Below, in pieces: positions 54,643-63,313 of a stretch of DNA of 64,000 nt; positions within the stretch are counted from its first letter, which is position 1, and every line of letters begins with the position of its first letter. Both the position numbers and the translations under genes were made by a program. The stretch lies in contig CANRFR010000002.1 in NCBI GenBank assembly GCA_947629945.1, positions 519-64,518 of the forward strand, written 5' to 3'. The notes under the pieces are model-generated. The model made no database searches, was not told the DNA's origin, and was given only the letters and a program-made list of their open reading frames with translations. This stretch comes from an uncultured Clostridia bacterium (GTDB taxonomy: Bacteria; Bacillota; Clostridia; Oscillospirales; Ruminococcaceae).

Positions 54643-55848
54643 ATGAAGAAAGCAAAAACAACGGCTGCCGCTGCGGCTGTTATTACGGCGGCGCTGCTCG
54701 CACTTACGGGGTGTGAAAGCATGGACGCGTCGAGCGTGCCGACAATCAGCGTAGATATGGTAAACAACGGCGATTCTTCCGCAAGCTCTCAAACAAGCGC
54801 GGAAAGCGGGGCAACTTCGCAGAGCGGTTCAAATTCGGAAAGCGGCTCCAATTCGGAGAGCGGCTCTGCCTCCGAAAACGAGCCTGTATCCTCGCCCGAA
54901 TCGAGCGTAACGCAAACAAGCCAACCCGCGCCCGAACCCGACACCTCGTCCACGGGCGTGAAAGGCGAACTTTCGGGCACCATAATCGTGGACGCCACGG
55001 GACGCGGTATGCCGATATTCGGCGGCGGAACGGGCGAGACCTACGCCGCCGCCGTAAACGAGGTTAAAGACAAGGTAGGCGCGGAGGTGAACGTATTTTC
55101 GATGATTGTTCCCACGCAAGGCTCTTTCTATATGCCCGAGGGATTGAGTATGGCAAGCGAGTGGGATTGTATCGCGAACGTGAACGACCAGCTTTGGGGC
55201 ATTATTCCCGTTGACGCTTACACCGCGCTTTCAAAGCACGTCGACGAGGAGATATACGCGCGTACGGACCACCACTGGATGCAGCTCGGCGCTTACTATG
55301 CGGCGGAAGAATTTGTAAAGACCGCGAAGATAAGCGAACCGTTCACGCCGCTTTCGGAGTACGAAAGGCGTGATATCGAGGGATATCTGGGCACGCTTTA
55401 CGGCTACAGCAACGAAAATGCCACAATGGCAGCAAACCCCGAAACGTTCACCTATTATATAGCGCCGAATGATTTCGCGACCTATTATATGAACCCCGAG
55501 GACTATGACTTCACCCGAAACACGATGTTCCTCGATATGCCCACAAGCTCTTCTTACAGCACGTTTATGGGCGGCGATGAGAAAGTCGTTCACATAGAGA
55601 CTGACGTTAAGAACGGAAGAAAACTGCTTGTCGTAAAGGACAGTTACCCCAACGCGCTGATACCTTGCCTTACAGGCTCTTTTGAAGAGATATGGTCGGT
55701 GGATATGCGCTATCTTGAGGAAATGAAGAATTTCCCGACGAGCATTTCTCAGATAGTCCGTGATAAGGGCGTTACAGACGTGCTGTTCTGTATGGATACG
55801 TTCAGCGCCGTAGGCGAAAACGCTAACCACCTCTCGGGAATTGTTTAA
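54643..55848 (+). CDS. DHHW-family lipoprotein 2
   Basis: Lipobox LTGC; ARTDHHW; KDSY; VDMRY; paralog of the preceding gene. Confidence 0.85.
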   Translation: MKKAKTTAAAAAVITAALLALTGCESMDASSVPTISVDMVNNGDSSASSQTSAESGATSQSGSNSESGSNSESGSASENEPVSSPESSVTQTSQPAPEPDTSSTGVKGELSGTIIVDATGRGMPIFGGGTGETYAAAVNEVKDKVGAEVNVFSMIVPTQGSFYMPEGLSMASEWDCIANVNDQLWGIIPVDAYTALSKHVDEEIYARTDHHWMQLGAYYAAEEFVKTAKISEPFTPLSEYERRDIEGYLGTLYGYSNENATMAANPETFTYYIAPNDFATYYMNPEDYDFTRNTMFLDMPTSSSYSTFMGGDEKVVHIETDVKNGRKLLVVKDSYPNALIPCLTGSFEEIWSVDMRYLEEMKNFPTSISQIVRDKGVTDVLFCMDTFSAVGENANHLSGIV

Positions 55849-55886
55849 GAACCTGTACCAACAGCTTCTAAGAAAGGACTTTGCCC

Positions 55887-57677
55887 ATGTTACCCGAACT
55901 TTGCCGCCCGTTTGACGGCGATGAAATTATGACTAAAAAGAAGAAGCTTCTGCGGCTTCTCAAAGAAAATGAAACGGGAACGCCGCTTAGAATAGCGGTG
56001 CTCGGCGGTTCTACGACCTCGGATATCGTAAAAGTGCTTGAACTGTTTTTGCGAAACCGAGGTATCGTGCCGACATTTTACGAGAGCGAATACGCCCAAT
56101 ATCAAAACGACGCGCTGTTCTCAAATGCGGAGCTTGACAGCTTCAAGCCCGAAATAGTGTTTATCCACACGACTTCGCGCAATATCGAGGAAAAGCCCAC
56201 GATTGGCGAGAACGAAGCTTCGGTCTGCGAAAAGCTGGAGCGTGAATACGCGCGATATGAGAGAATGTGGGCTTCCCTTTCGGAAAGATTTGGTTGTATT
56301 ATCATTCAGAACAACTTTGAACTGCCGAGTGAACGGCTTTTGGGAAACCGAGAGGTCGGGTGCGCTTTCGGACGTATCGACTTCATCACGCGCCTGAACG
56401 TCAAGCTGTATGACTACGCACGAACGCACGGCAATTTCTATATTCACGACATCAACTACCTTTCGGCGGCTTATGGTCTGGAAAACTGGCACGAGCTTCG
56501 GCACTGGCATTTGTATAAGTACGCAATGAGCGTTTCGGCAATACCCGAGTTCGCTTACAGCTTATCAAACATAATCTGCTCCGTAATGGGCAAAAACAAA
56601 AAGGTATTGGCGCTCGACCTTGACAACACGCTGTGGGGCGGCGTAATCGGCGACGACGGTCAGGCGGGTATCGAGATCGGTCACGAAACGCACGAGGGAC
56701 AAAGTTACCTGGCTTTGCAGAAATTCGTCAAAGCGCACAAAGAACTCGGCATTTTGCTGACTGTATGCTCGAAAAACGACCCCGAAAACGCGCTTGAGGG
56801 CTTGAACCACCCCGACGGCGTTCTGAAGCCCGAGGACTTCGCGCTTATCAAAGCGAACTGGAACGAGAAGTCGCTGAACCTTGAGGAAACGGCTTCCGAA
56901 CTTAATCTGCTTCCCGAAAGTTTTGTGTTCGTTGACGATAATCCCGCAGAATGTGAAATTGTGAAAGCACAGCTTCCCGAAGTTACGGTGATAAACTTTG
57001 AAAACCCCGAGGAATGTATACGTGCAATCGACAAGTGCGGCTTGTTTGAGGTGACAAACCTATCCGCCGACGACGCTAAGCGCGGCGAGATGTATGCGGC
57101 AAACGCTCAGAGAGCCGCCGCCGAGAAAAAGTTCGCAAGCTACGACGAATTTTTGTCTAGCCTTGAAATGAGCGCGATCATAGGAGAATTCGACCCGGTG
57201 CACATTCCGCGTATAACTCAGCTCACCAACAAAAGCAATCAATTTAACTGCACGACCAAGCGCTACACGCAAGCCGAAATGGAAAGCGTCGCGCAAAGCC
57301 CGAATTATATCAGGCTTTGCGGAAGACTGACGGACAAATTCGGCGACAACGGAATTGTTTCCATAGTTATCGGCGAGAAAAAGGGTTCGGAGCTTCATAT
57401 AGATTTATGGCTGATGAGCTGCCGAGTATTGAAGCGCGGAATGGAATACGCGATGATAAACCGTCTTGTAGAGGAAGCAAAAAAAGCGGACGTCAAGACG
57501 ATTTACGGATATTATTACCCGACAAAAAAGAACGCTATGGTGAAAGAGCTTTTCGGCGGCTTTGGGTTTTCAAAGGTCTCCGAGGACGAAAACCAAAATA
57601 CGGTTTGGACGCTGGACGTAAACTCCTATACACCCAAAACCGTACATATCGATATAAAGGAGAATAACAATGGATAA
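55887..57677 (+). CDS. FkbH-like HAD-IIIC protein (glyceryl-ACP forming) with N-terminal SGNH-like and C-terminal GNAT-like domains
   Basis: LDLDNTLWGGVIGDDG, CSKND, VDDNPAE, QLTNKSNQFN, DKFGDNG, MSCRVL; ATG at 55887 after AAGGA. Confidence 0.9.
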   Translation: MLPELCRPFDGDEIMTKKKKLLRLLKENETGTPLRIAVLGGSTTSDIVKVLELFLRNRGIVPTFYESEYAQYQNDALFSNAELDSFKPEIVFIHTTSRNIEEKPTIGENEASVCEKLEREYARYERMWASLSERFGCIIIQNNFELPSERLLGNREVGCAFGRIDFITRLNVKLYDYARTHGNFYIHDINYLSAAYGLENWHELRHWHLYKYAMSVSAIPEFAYSLSNIICSVMGKNKKVLALDLDNTLWGGVIGDDGQAGIEIGHETHEGQSYLALQKFVKAHKELGILLTVCSKNDPENALEGLNHPDGVLKPEDFALIKANWNEKSLNLEETASELNLLPESFVFVDDNPAECEIVKAQLPEVTVINFENPEECIRAIDKCGLFEVTNLSADDAKRGEMYAANAQRAAAEKKFASYDEFLSSLEMSAIIGEFDPVHIPRITQLTNKSNQFNCTTKRYTQAEMESVAQSPNYIRLCGRLTDKFGDNGIVSIVIGEKKGSELHIDLWLMSCRVLKRGMEYAMINRLVEEAKKADVKTIYGYYYPTKKNAMVKELFGGFGFSKVSEDENQNTVWTLDVNSYTPKTVHIDIKENNNG

Positions 57678-57918
57678 GCAGAAAATAACGGAGCGCCTCA
57701 CAGAGGTATTCAGAAACGTTTTCGACGACGAGGACTTGATAATAAACGAAAACACCACAGCCGACGACATCGAGGAGTGGGACAGTCTGGAGCACATCAG
57801 CCTTATCTCGGCGGTGGAGAAAGCGTTTAAAATGCGCTTTACAATGAAAGAGGTAAGCGGTATGAAAAACGTCGGCGAGATGATAGATATTCTTTGCGAA
57901 CGCGCAAAAAAAGTTTGA
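57670..57918 (+). CDS. Acyl carrier protein
   Basis: 82 aa acidic protein; WDSL phosphopantetheinylation site; overlaps the FkbH stop. Confidence 0.92.
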   Translation: MDKQKITERLTEVFRNVFDDEDLIINENTTADDIEEWDSLEHISLISAVEKAFKMRFTMKEVSGMKNVGEMIDILCERAKKV

Positions 57919-57966
57919 TAACGAGCAACGGACTATTGCCCGCTTTTCATTAAACAGGGGGTTTTT

Positions 57967-58674
57967 ATGTACTTTGATTGGACTTACTTGGTATTCGTCG
58001 TTCCCGCGATGATTTTCGCTATGATTGCGAGCGCGAGCGTGGATTCCACGTTCAAGAAATACTCGCAGCAACTCTCGTCGAGAGGTATAACGGGCGCTCA
58101 GGCGGCGAGGTTCGTGCTGGATAAGAACGGCTTGCAGAATATCCCGATAGAGACGATCAGCGGCAAGCTCACCGACCACTACGACCCGCGTTCCAACGTC
58201 ATTCGGCTTTCCTCCGACGTTTATTCCGGAACCTCGACAGCCGCCATCGGAGTGGCTTGCCACGAGGTGGGACACGCTATACAGCACGCTACGGGCTACA
58301 CGCCCATTAAAATTCGCACGGCGATAGTGCCGATAACGAATATCGGCTCCAAAATGGCAGTGCCGCTTATCCTGATAGGGATAATCTTGAGTTCGCTCGG
58401 AGAATTTTTTGTATGGCTCGCCTATGCGGGCGTTATCCTTTATTCTTTGACAGTCGTGTTCCAGCTTGTGACGCTCCCGACGGAATTTAACGCTTCGCAC
58501 CGCGCTTTAGTGACGATACGTGATAACGGTATATTAACTAACGACGAACTTGCGGGCGCACGTAAAGTCCTCACAGCCGCGGCTATGACGTATGTCGCGG
58601 CGCTTGCGGTCGCGTTCGGTCAACTGTTGAGACTGCTGATTATCGTAAGCGGAGGACGTTCTCGGAGAAATTGA
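57967..58674 (+). CDS. YugP-like membrane zinc metallopeptidase
   Basis: LTDHYDP, ACHEVGHAIQH, TLPTEFNAS.RA, AAAMTYVA. Confidence 0.9.
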   Translation: MYFDWTYLVFVVPAMIFAMIASASVDSTFKKYSQQLSSRGITGAQAARFVLDKNGLQNIPIETISGKLTDHYDPRSNVIRLSSDVYSGTSTAAIGVACHEVGHAIQHATGYTPIKIRTAIVPITNIGSKMAVPLILIGIILSSLGEFFVWLAYAGVILYSLTVVFQLVTLPTEFNASHRALVTIRDNGILTNDELAGARKVLTAAAMTYVAALAVAFGQLLRLLIIVSGGRSRRN

Positions 58675-58734
58675 TAATGTAACGGAAATTCCACTTCGTT
58701 TTTGTGAAAATTATCCAAAATTTTCCTCAAACTA

Positions 58735-58763
58735 TTGCATTATTAGATGAAATATGTTAAAAT
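58735..58763 (+). promoter_or_regulatory. SigA promoter of hpf
   Basis: TTGCAT-17-TAAAAT with TGn. Confidence 0.7.
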
Positions 58764-58848
58764 AGATATAGGGTGATATCGAACGAGGTATACGTTTCCA
58801 ATCTCTTGCCTCTGAACATTCAAACACCTAAAAGGGAGGACTGAAAAT

Positions 58849-59367
58849 ATGAAAGTAACGATAACCGCAAAGAAAATGAATATCTCGCAGTCGTTCAACG
58901 ACTATGCGGAACAGAAGCTGGGCGCAAAGCTCGACCGCTTCTTCCCCGAGGAAGCCGAAGCAAAAATAACGCTGGCGGAGCGCCGCGATGTTATAATCTT
59001 GGAACTTACCGTAAACTATAACGGTATAATCTACCGCGCAGAGCAGACCGCAAAGGATAAAAACGACGCGCTTGACGTTACTATAGACCGCATTATCCGT
59101 CAGATAAGGAAGCAAAAAACCAAGGTTGAGAAGAGCTTGCGCGCAAACGCGTTTGAGGGCTTGGCTCCCGAAGCCGAGGAAAGCGAATATGAAGTCATTC
59201 GCGAGAAGAAGTTCAGACTGCGCCCCATGAATATCGACGAGGCTATCTTGCAGATGAATCTGCTCGACCACACGTTCTTTATGTTCAAAAACGCTGAAAC
59301 CGGAAAGGTAAACGTAGTCTACAAGCGCGACGAGGGCAACTACGCCGTACTTGTTCCCGAGGAATAA
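58849..59367 (+). CDS. hpf: Ribosome hibernation promoting factor (long HPF)
   Basis: S30AE N-domain; C-terminal K.F.LRPM..DEAILQM.LL.H.FF.F...VVYKR..G.Y. Confidence 0.93.
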   Translation: MKVTITAKKMNISQSFNDYAEQKLGAKLDRFFPEEAEAKITLAERRDVIILELTVNYNGIIYRAEQTAKDKNDALDVTIDRIIRQIRKQKTKVEKSLRANAFEGLAPEAEESEYEVIREKKFRLRPMNIDEAILQMNLLDHTFFMFKNAETGKVNVVYKRDEGNYAVLVPEE

Positions 59368-59427
59368 CAAATTTGCCCCCCGCCGAAAGCGAGGGGTTTT
59401 CATTACAGCGAGATGAGGTGAAATAAA

Positions 59428-59964
59428 ATGAACGCGGAACAAAACGCGCTTGGACGCGTACTGTGGATATCAAGGGCGGCATATTCGGCAATCGTCGAGG
59501 GAGAAATCTCGCTTAACGTTCCCGCGCTGCTTGACAGTCTTTCGGCGATAATGTCGCATTTGAACAACGACAAGCAGCCGATGTCAAAACTTATGCGGCG
59601 CCTGAAAAGCGAGATAAAAGCGAAAAACAAAGCGTTTTACGTCACTGCCAAGCAGTACTTCTCGAAAATTTACCCCATTCTCGACTACGATTTTGAAAAA
59701 GCCGCGAAACACGTTCCCGCGCTGATTTTCGGCAACGACAAAATATGCGCGCAATATGTGGCGGGCGACAAAAGCCGCGTGAAAGCGATGTGCGAAGCAA
59801 TGAAAAGCTACCCGGGCTTCCTGTTCGGAGAGTTTGAGGCGCTGTCCGATAAACAGTTCTACGACCTCGTTTTCGGGTACTATCCAAAGCTGTATGAAAA
59901 AGAGGATTTTATGGGAGAAATGCGCCACCTGTTCTCCGACGGCGAACCGCCGAAGCAGTCTTAA
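59428..59964 (+). CDS. Hypothetical protein
   Basis: 178 aa ORF with GAGGTG RBS; no family recognised. Confidence 0.7.
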   Translation: MNAEQNALGRVLWISRAAYSAIVEGEISLNVPALLDSLSAIMSHLNNDKQPMSKLMRRLKSEIKAKNKAFYVTAKQYFSKIYPILDYDFEKAAKHVPALIFGNDKICAQYVAGDKSRVKAMCEAMKSYPGFLFGEFEALSDKQFYDLVFGYYPKLYEKEDFMGEMRHLFSDGEPPKQS

Positions 59965-59968
59965 ACAA

Positions 59969-60012
59969 AGTTCCCCCTTTTTGTGACGAACGCGTTTCAA
60001 AAAGGGGGACGT
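59969..60012. terminator. Bidirectional terminator
   Basis: CCCCCTTTTTG/CAAAAAGGGGG stem between convergent genes. Confidence 0.75.
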
Positions 60013-60019
60013 TTTATGC

Positions 60020-61255
60020 TCAAAATCCGAAAAGACGGTTTTCGTAGCGCTCAAACGCGTATTCCAACGCGTCCAAGCTGTCAATGTTCGAGGTGCCGTT
60101 ATCAAGTCGCACATCTTTGTGAAGATCGCGCTCGTCCCAAACGGCGTTTTGCAGCGCATCAATAACGTGAACGCACTCGTTCAGCACGAAAAAGCGCTTG
60201 GCGGCGATAAGGCGGTTCAGCATATTGATTCGGGTGTTGATCGGCTTTTTCAAAGCGTTTTTTACCTCAACGCCGTATTTTCCTACGGCTTGACGAAAAC
60301 TCTTTATCAAAAGCTGCTCGGCACTGTCGCAATAAGCGGCTTGAAGCGGCGAAAAATCGCTTTTGCATTGCGTGACGAACAACTCGAAATTGTTGATGAG
60401 ATTTTCTGCGGAGCGGTTTCGCTTGTCGTAATACTCCGAAAGTACGTATAAGTTTCTGAAGCCCGCGTCTATTCCGACCAAAACGAACGCCGAAGCGCTG
60501 CCGTTGCCGCCGTAATCCACGCCGACTGCTGCGGTCATCAGTCTGTTTTTTTCCAGCCGCTCCTTAAGCTCCGCGCGCGTGACGATGTTCGCCGCCGAAA
60601 AGCTCTCGTAAACTCTTCCCTCGGCGGCGACCCATTTTCCCAATATGTAACGGTCGTAGAAAACGCCGTGAAACTCCTTTTTCAGCGAACCCACATATTC
60701 CGCGGGCAGAAAATCGTTATCGTCCAGCGTAAATTTCATCGAGAGCAGGTCAAGGCTCTTGTCATCGAGATAATTGCGCTTTACCCAGTGCGACGGGTTA
60801 TCGGGGTTTGTCGTCGCAAATAGCTTTGCGCCTTGTTCCGAAAGCCGAGAGAGCAGCATTACGAAAAAATCCTCGCCGAACAAAGTCAGCTCGTCGCAAT
60901 AGGCGCCCATAAGCGTCATTCCGCGTATTTTGCTTTCGGCTTCGGAATTTGACGCGCCCTCCAAATAAACTCTTCTGCCGAAAAGCAAGCCCTCTTTTTT
61001 GTATTCGCTGTATTGAAAACAATTGCCAAGCAAGCTTTTCAGCGGCTCCAGAACGTTTCGTTTGAGCGTCGTCAAAGTTTTTCCGCACATCAGATAAGCG
61101 CTGTCCGGAGGACTTTTCGCCAACCAGAACGCCCACATTATCATTGAAATATATGTCTTTCCGCTGCGGACGCTGCCCTCGAATATGTTCAAACGGCGGA
61201 GCTTTCCGTTTTTCAACAGGAGCATAGCCTGCCGCTGTTTTGGTGAAAAAGTCAT
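60020..61255 (-). CDS. Phage terminase large subunit (PBSX/Terminase_3-like)
   Basis: Walker A EGSVRSGKT, Walker B GAYCDE, coupling motif TTNPD.P.HW, GKWVAAEG, nuclease GVDYG, YCDSAE, D.LDALEY. Confidence 0.9.
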   Translation of the reverse strand: MTFSPKQRQAMLLLKNGKLRRLNIFEGSVRSGKTYISMIMWAFWLAKSPPDSAYLMCGKTLTTLKRNVLEPLKSLLGNCFQYSEYKKEGLLFGRRVYLEGASNSEAESKIRGMTLMGAYCDELTLFGEDFFVMLLSRLSEQGAKLFATTNPDNPSHWVKRNYLDDKSLDLLSMKFTLDDNDFLPAEYVGSLKKEFHGVFYDRYILGKWVAAEGRVYESFSAANIVTRAELKERLEKNRLMTAAVGVDYGGNGSASAFVLVGIDAGFRNLYVLSEYYDKRNRSAENLINNFELFVTQCKSDFSPLQAAYCDSAEQLLIKSFRQAVGKYGVEVKNALKKPINTRINMLNRLIAAKRFFVLNECVHVIDALQNAVWDERDLHKDVRLDNGTSNIDSLDALEYAFERYENRLFGF

Positions 61256-61515
61256 TTTCCGTCCTCCTTATCCATATCGTTAAACGCGCCGATAAGCTCG
61301 CTGAGCTTGCCCTCGGAATTCGTCGAAGCATTTTCGGAAAGCATTTCAAAAACGATCTTCCACACCTTGGCTAGCTTTTCAAGATCCTTTTCGGCTAAGG
61401 CTCTTATAAGCTCGCGGTCGTTCAACAGCTCCGCGAAATTCTCTCCGAACGCCGTAAACTTCGGCGTATTTTTTTCAAAATATTCCTTTGCTGTCATTTT
61501 CTTTCTTGTTGCCAT
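61252..61515 (-). CDS. Small protein coupled to terL, possible terminase small subunit
   Basis: 87 aa; 4-bp overlap with terL; helical, acidic C-terminus; GAGGAGG RBS. Confidence 0.55.
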   Translation of the reverse strand: MATRKKMTAKEYFEKNTPKFTAFGENFAELLNDRELIRALAEKDLEKLAKVWKIVFEMLSENASTNSEGKLSELIGAFNDMDKEDGK

Positions 61516-61831
61516 AGTTTCCTCCTCAAATCAACGTCGGTTCGTTTTTTCTCCGCACATAAAAAAACAAAGACCGCTTTATTATATCAAAGCTTTTTCA
61601 ATATAATATTAACAAAGTAACATCTGCACAAAACTGAATTTTTGACATTATATACTTTTTCAACAAAAATCTCTTGTAAAAAATCGAAAAAATTGTCAAA
61701 AAAGCAAGGCAGTGATGTTTTCAAAGTTTACAAAAAGTTAAAGATAGTGTGTTATAATTGTGATAAAATAGGATAAACAGAACAGCAATAGGACACGTCG
61801 AATATGGACGTTTTGAATAGGAGTTGCACAA

Positions 61832-62707
61832 ATGAAAACAGGACTTATTCTTGAGGGCGGCGCGGTTCGCGGAATATTCACTGCGGGCGTGTTAGACAGA
61901 CTTTTGGAGGACGAAGTTCTCTTTCCGTATGTAATAGGCGTTTCAGCGGGCGGCGGCAACGCGATGAGTTACGTGTCGGGGCAAAAAGGACGCACTTGCC
62001 GAATGATAAACGTGCCGCGCAGCGAAAGTTACTACGGCTTTAAACAGTTTCTGGGGTCGGGAAAAATCATAAACCTTGACAAAATGGCGTTTGAATATCC
62101 TTACAAACAGTTCCCGTTTGATTTTGATACATATTTTAACAGCGGCATAGAAACGGAATACGTCTGCACCTGTATGGAAACGGGCAAGGCGGACTATCTT
62201 TCCGAAACGGAGGACTGCGGCAGACTGCTCACCATCACCAAAGCAACTTGCTCGGTGCCGATGCTCTGCAGCCCCGTAGTTTTGGACGGCAAGCACTATC
62301 TCGACGGCTCCATTGCCGACTCCATTCCGATAGAGCACGCGTTGGAAATGGGCTGCGACAAGCTCGTGATAATCCTTACAAAGCCCGGAAAAACCACGCC
62401 GCCTACGGACTACAAAAAGTTCCGTAAGGTGATACATAGAATGTATAAGCAATACCCCGCGTTCGAGGAAGCTTGTATGACGCGCGTTGACCGCTACGAA
62501 AAAACCATCGAGCTTATGGAACGGCTGGAGGACGAAGGCAGACTTATTACATACCGTCCTACGCTTGCGCCTATTTCCAAATTTGAAAAGGACAGCGGGA
62601 AGATAATGGCATCCTACCGCGACGGATACTCTCAAGCCGACGAGCGCATAGACGAGTTGGCGCGGTTTATAGAGAACAACGTTCGATCGCGTATTAAGGT
62701 GGGTTGA
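61832..62707 (+). CDS. Patatin-like phospholipase
   Basis: LILEGGAVRGIFTAGVL, GVSAG (Ser), DGSIAD (Asp). Confidence 0.92.
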   Translation: MKTGLILEGGAVRGIFTAGVLDRLLEDEVLFPYVIGVSAGGGNAMSYVSGQKGRTCRMINVPRSESYYGFKQFLGSGKIINLDKMAFEYPYKQFPFDFDTYFNSGIETEYVCTCMETGKADYLSETEDCGRLLTITKATCSVPMLCSPVVLDGKHYLDGSIADSIPIEHALEMGCDKLVIILTKPGKTTPPTDYKKFRKVIHRMYKQYPAFEEACMTRVDRYEKTIELMERLEDEGRLITYRPTLAPISKFEKDSGKIMASYRDGYSQADERIDELARFIENNVRSRIKVG

Positions 62708-62732
62708 GTTTACAACACGGATAAATAAACGG

Positions 62733-62762
62733 TTTCCCTGTCGGTCGGCAGGGAAATTTTTT
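62733..62762 (+). terminator. Terminator after patatin
   Basis: TTTCCCTG/CAGGGAAA stem plus T-tract. Confidence 0.75.
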
Positions 62763-62850
62763 AAGGGATAAAATTCATCACTGATAACAATTTGGCATGA
62801 AAAATTTGTAAAAAATACCGAAGAACCAAAAAAAATTGATGAAAACCCCC

Positions 62851-62879
62851 TTTACAAATGATTTTATTTGTGTTATAAT
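62851..62879 (+). promoter_or_regulatory. SigA promoter of rpsO
   Basis: TTTACA-17-TATAAT with TGn. Confidence 0.8.
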
Positions 62880-62884
62880 AGTAT

Positions 62885-62965
62885 CGCCGTGTAAAACGCG
62901 GCGCAAAACTACCGCTCCACGGACTGCGGGTCAACACCAACGCCCTCTCTGTGACGCGGACTATT
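62885..62965 (+). ncRNA. Probable S15 autoregulatory leader
   Basis: About 100-nt structured 5' UTR (cgccg/cggcg, ccgc/gcgg, gtca/tgac helices) before rpsO; S15 leaders are known in Firmicutes, but this match was not model-tested. Confidence 0.45.
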
Positions 62966-62985
62966 AAATTTTATGAGGTGTTATT

Positions 62986-63252
62986 ATGTTAAGAAAAGAA
63001 GAAAAACAGGCAGTCATCGAAGCTAACCGCAAGCACGACAACGACACGGGTTCTCCCGAGGTACAAATCGCCATTCTCACCAAGAGAATAAATGACCTTA
63101 CCGAGCACATTAAGGTACACAAAAAGGATCACCACTCCACTCGCGGTCTTTTGAAGATGGTAGGACGCAGAAGAAATCTTTTGAACTACCTCCAGAAGAA
63201 AGATATCGAGCGTTACCGCGCTATCGTTGCAAAGCTCGGACTGCGTAAGTAA
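62986..63252 (+). CDS. rpsO: 30S ribosomal protein S15
   Basis: [18 protein letters not shown]...[22 protein letters not shown]. Confidence 0.98.
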   Translation: MLRKEEKQAVIEANRKHDNDTGSPEVQIAILTKRINDLTEHIKVHKKDHHSTRGLLKMVGRRRNLLNYLQKKDIERYRAIVAKLGLRK

Positions 63253-63259
63253 TTGCTTT

Positions 63260-63285
63260 GGGGCAGGATTTTTTCTGCCCTTTTT
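63260..63285 (+). terminator. Terminator/attenuator between rpsO and pnp
   Basis: GGGCAG/CTGCCC stem plus TTTTT. Confidence 0.7.
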
Positions 63286-63313
63286 GCGAATTTAAGCCGA
63301 AAGGATTAAAAAT

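Noticed and set aside
59367-61832. Prophage or genomic island around terL
   Set aside because: No integrase, att repeats, structural genes or obvious composition shift; reported instead as an orphan terminase.
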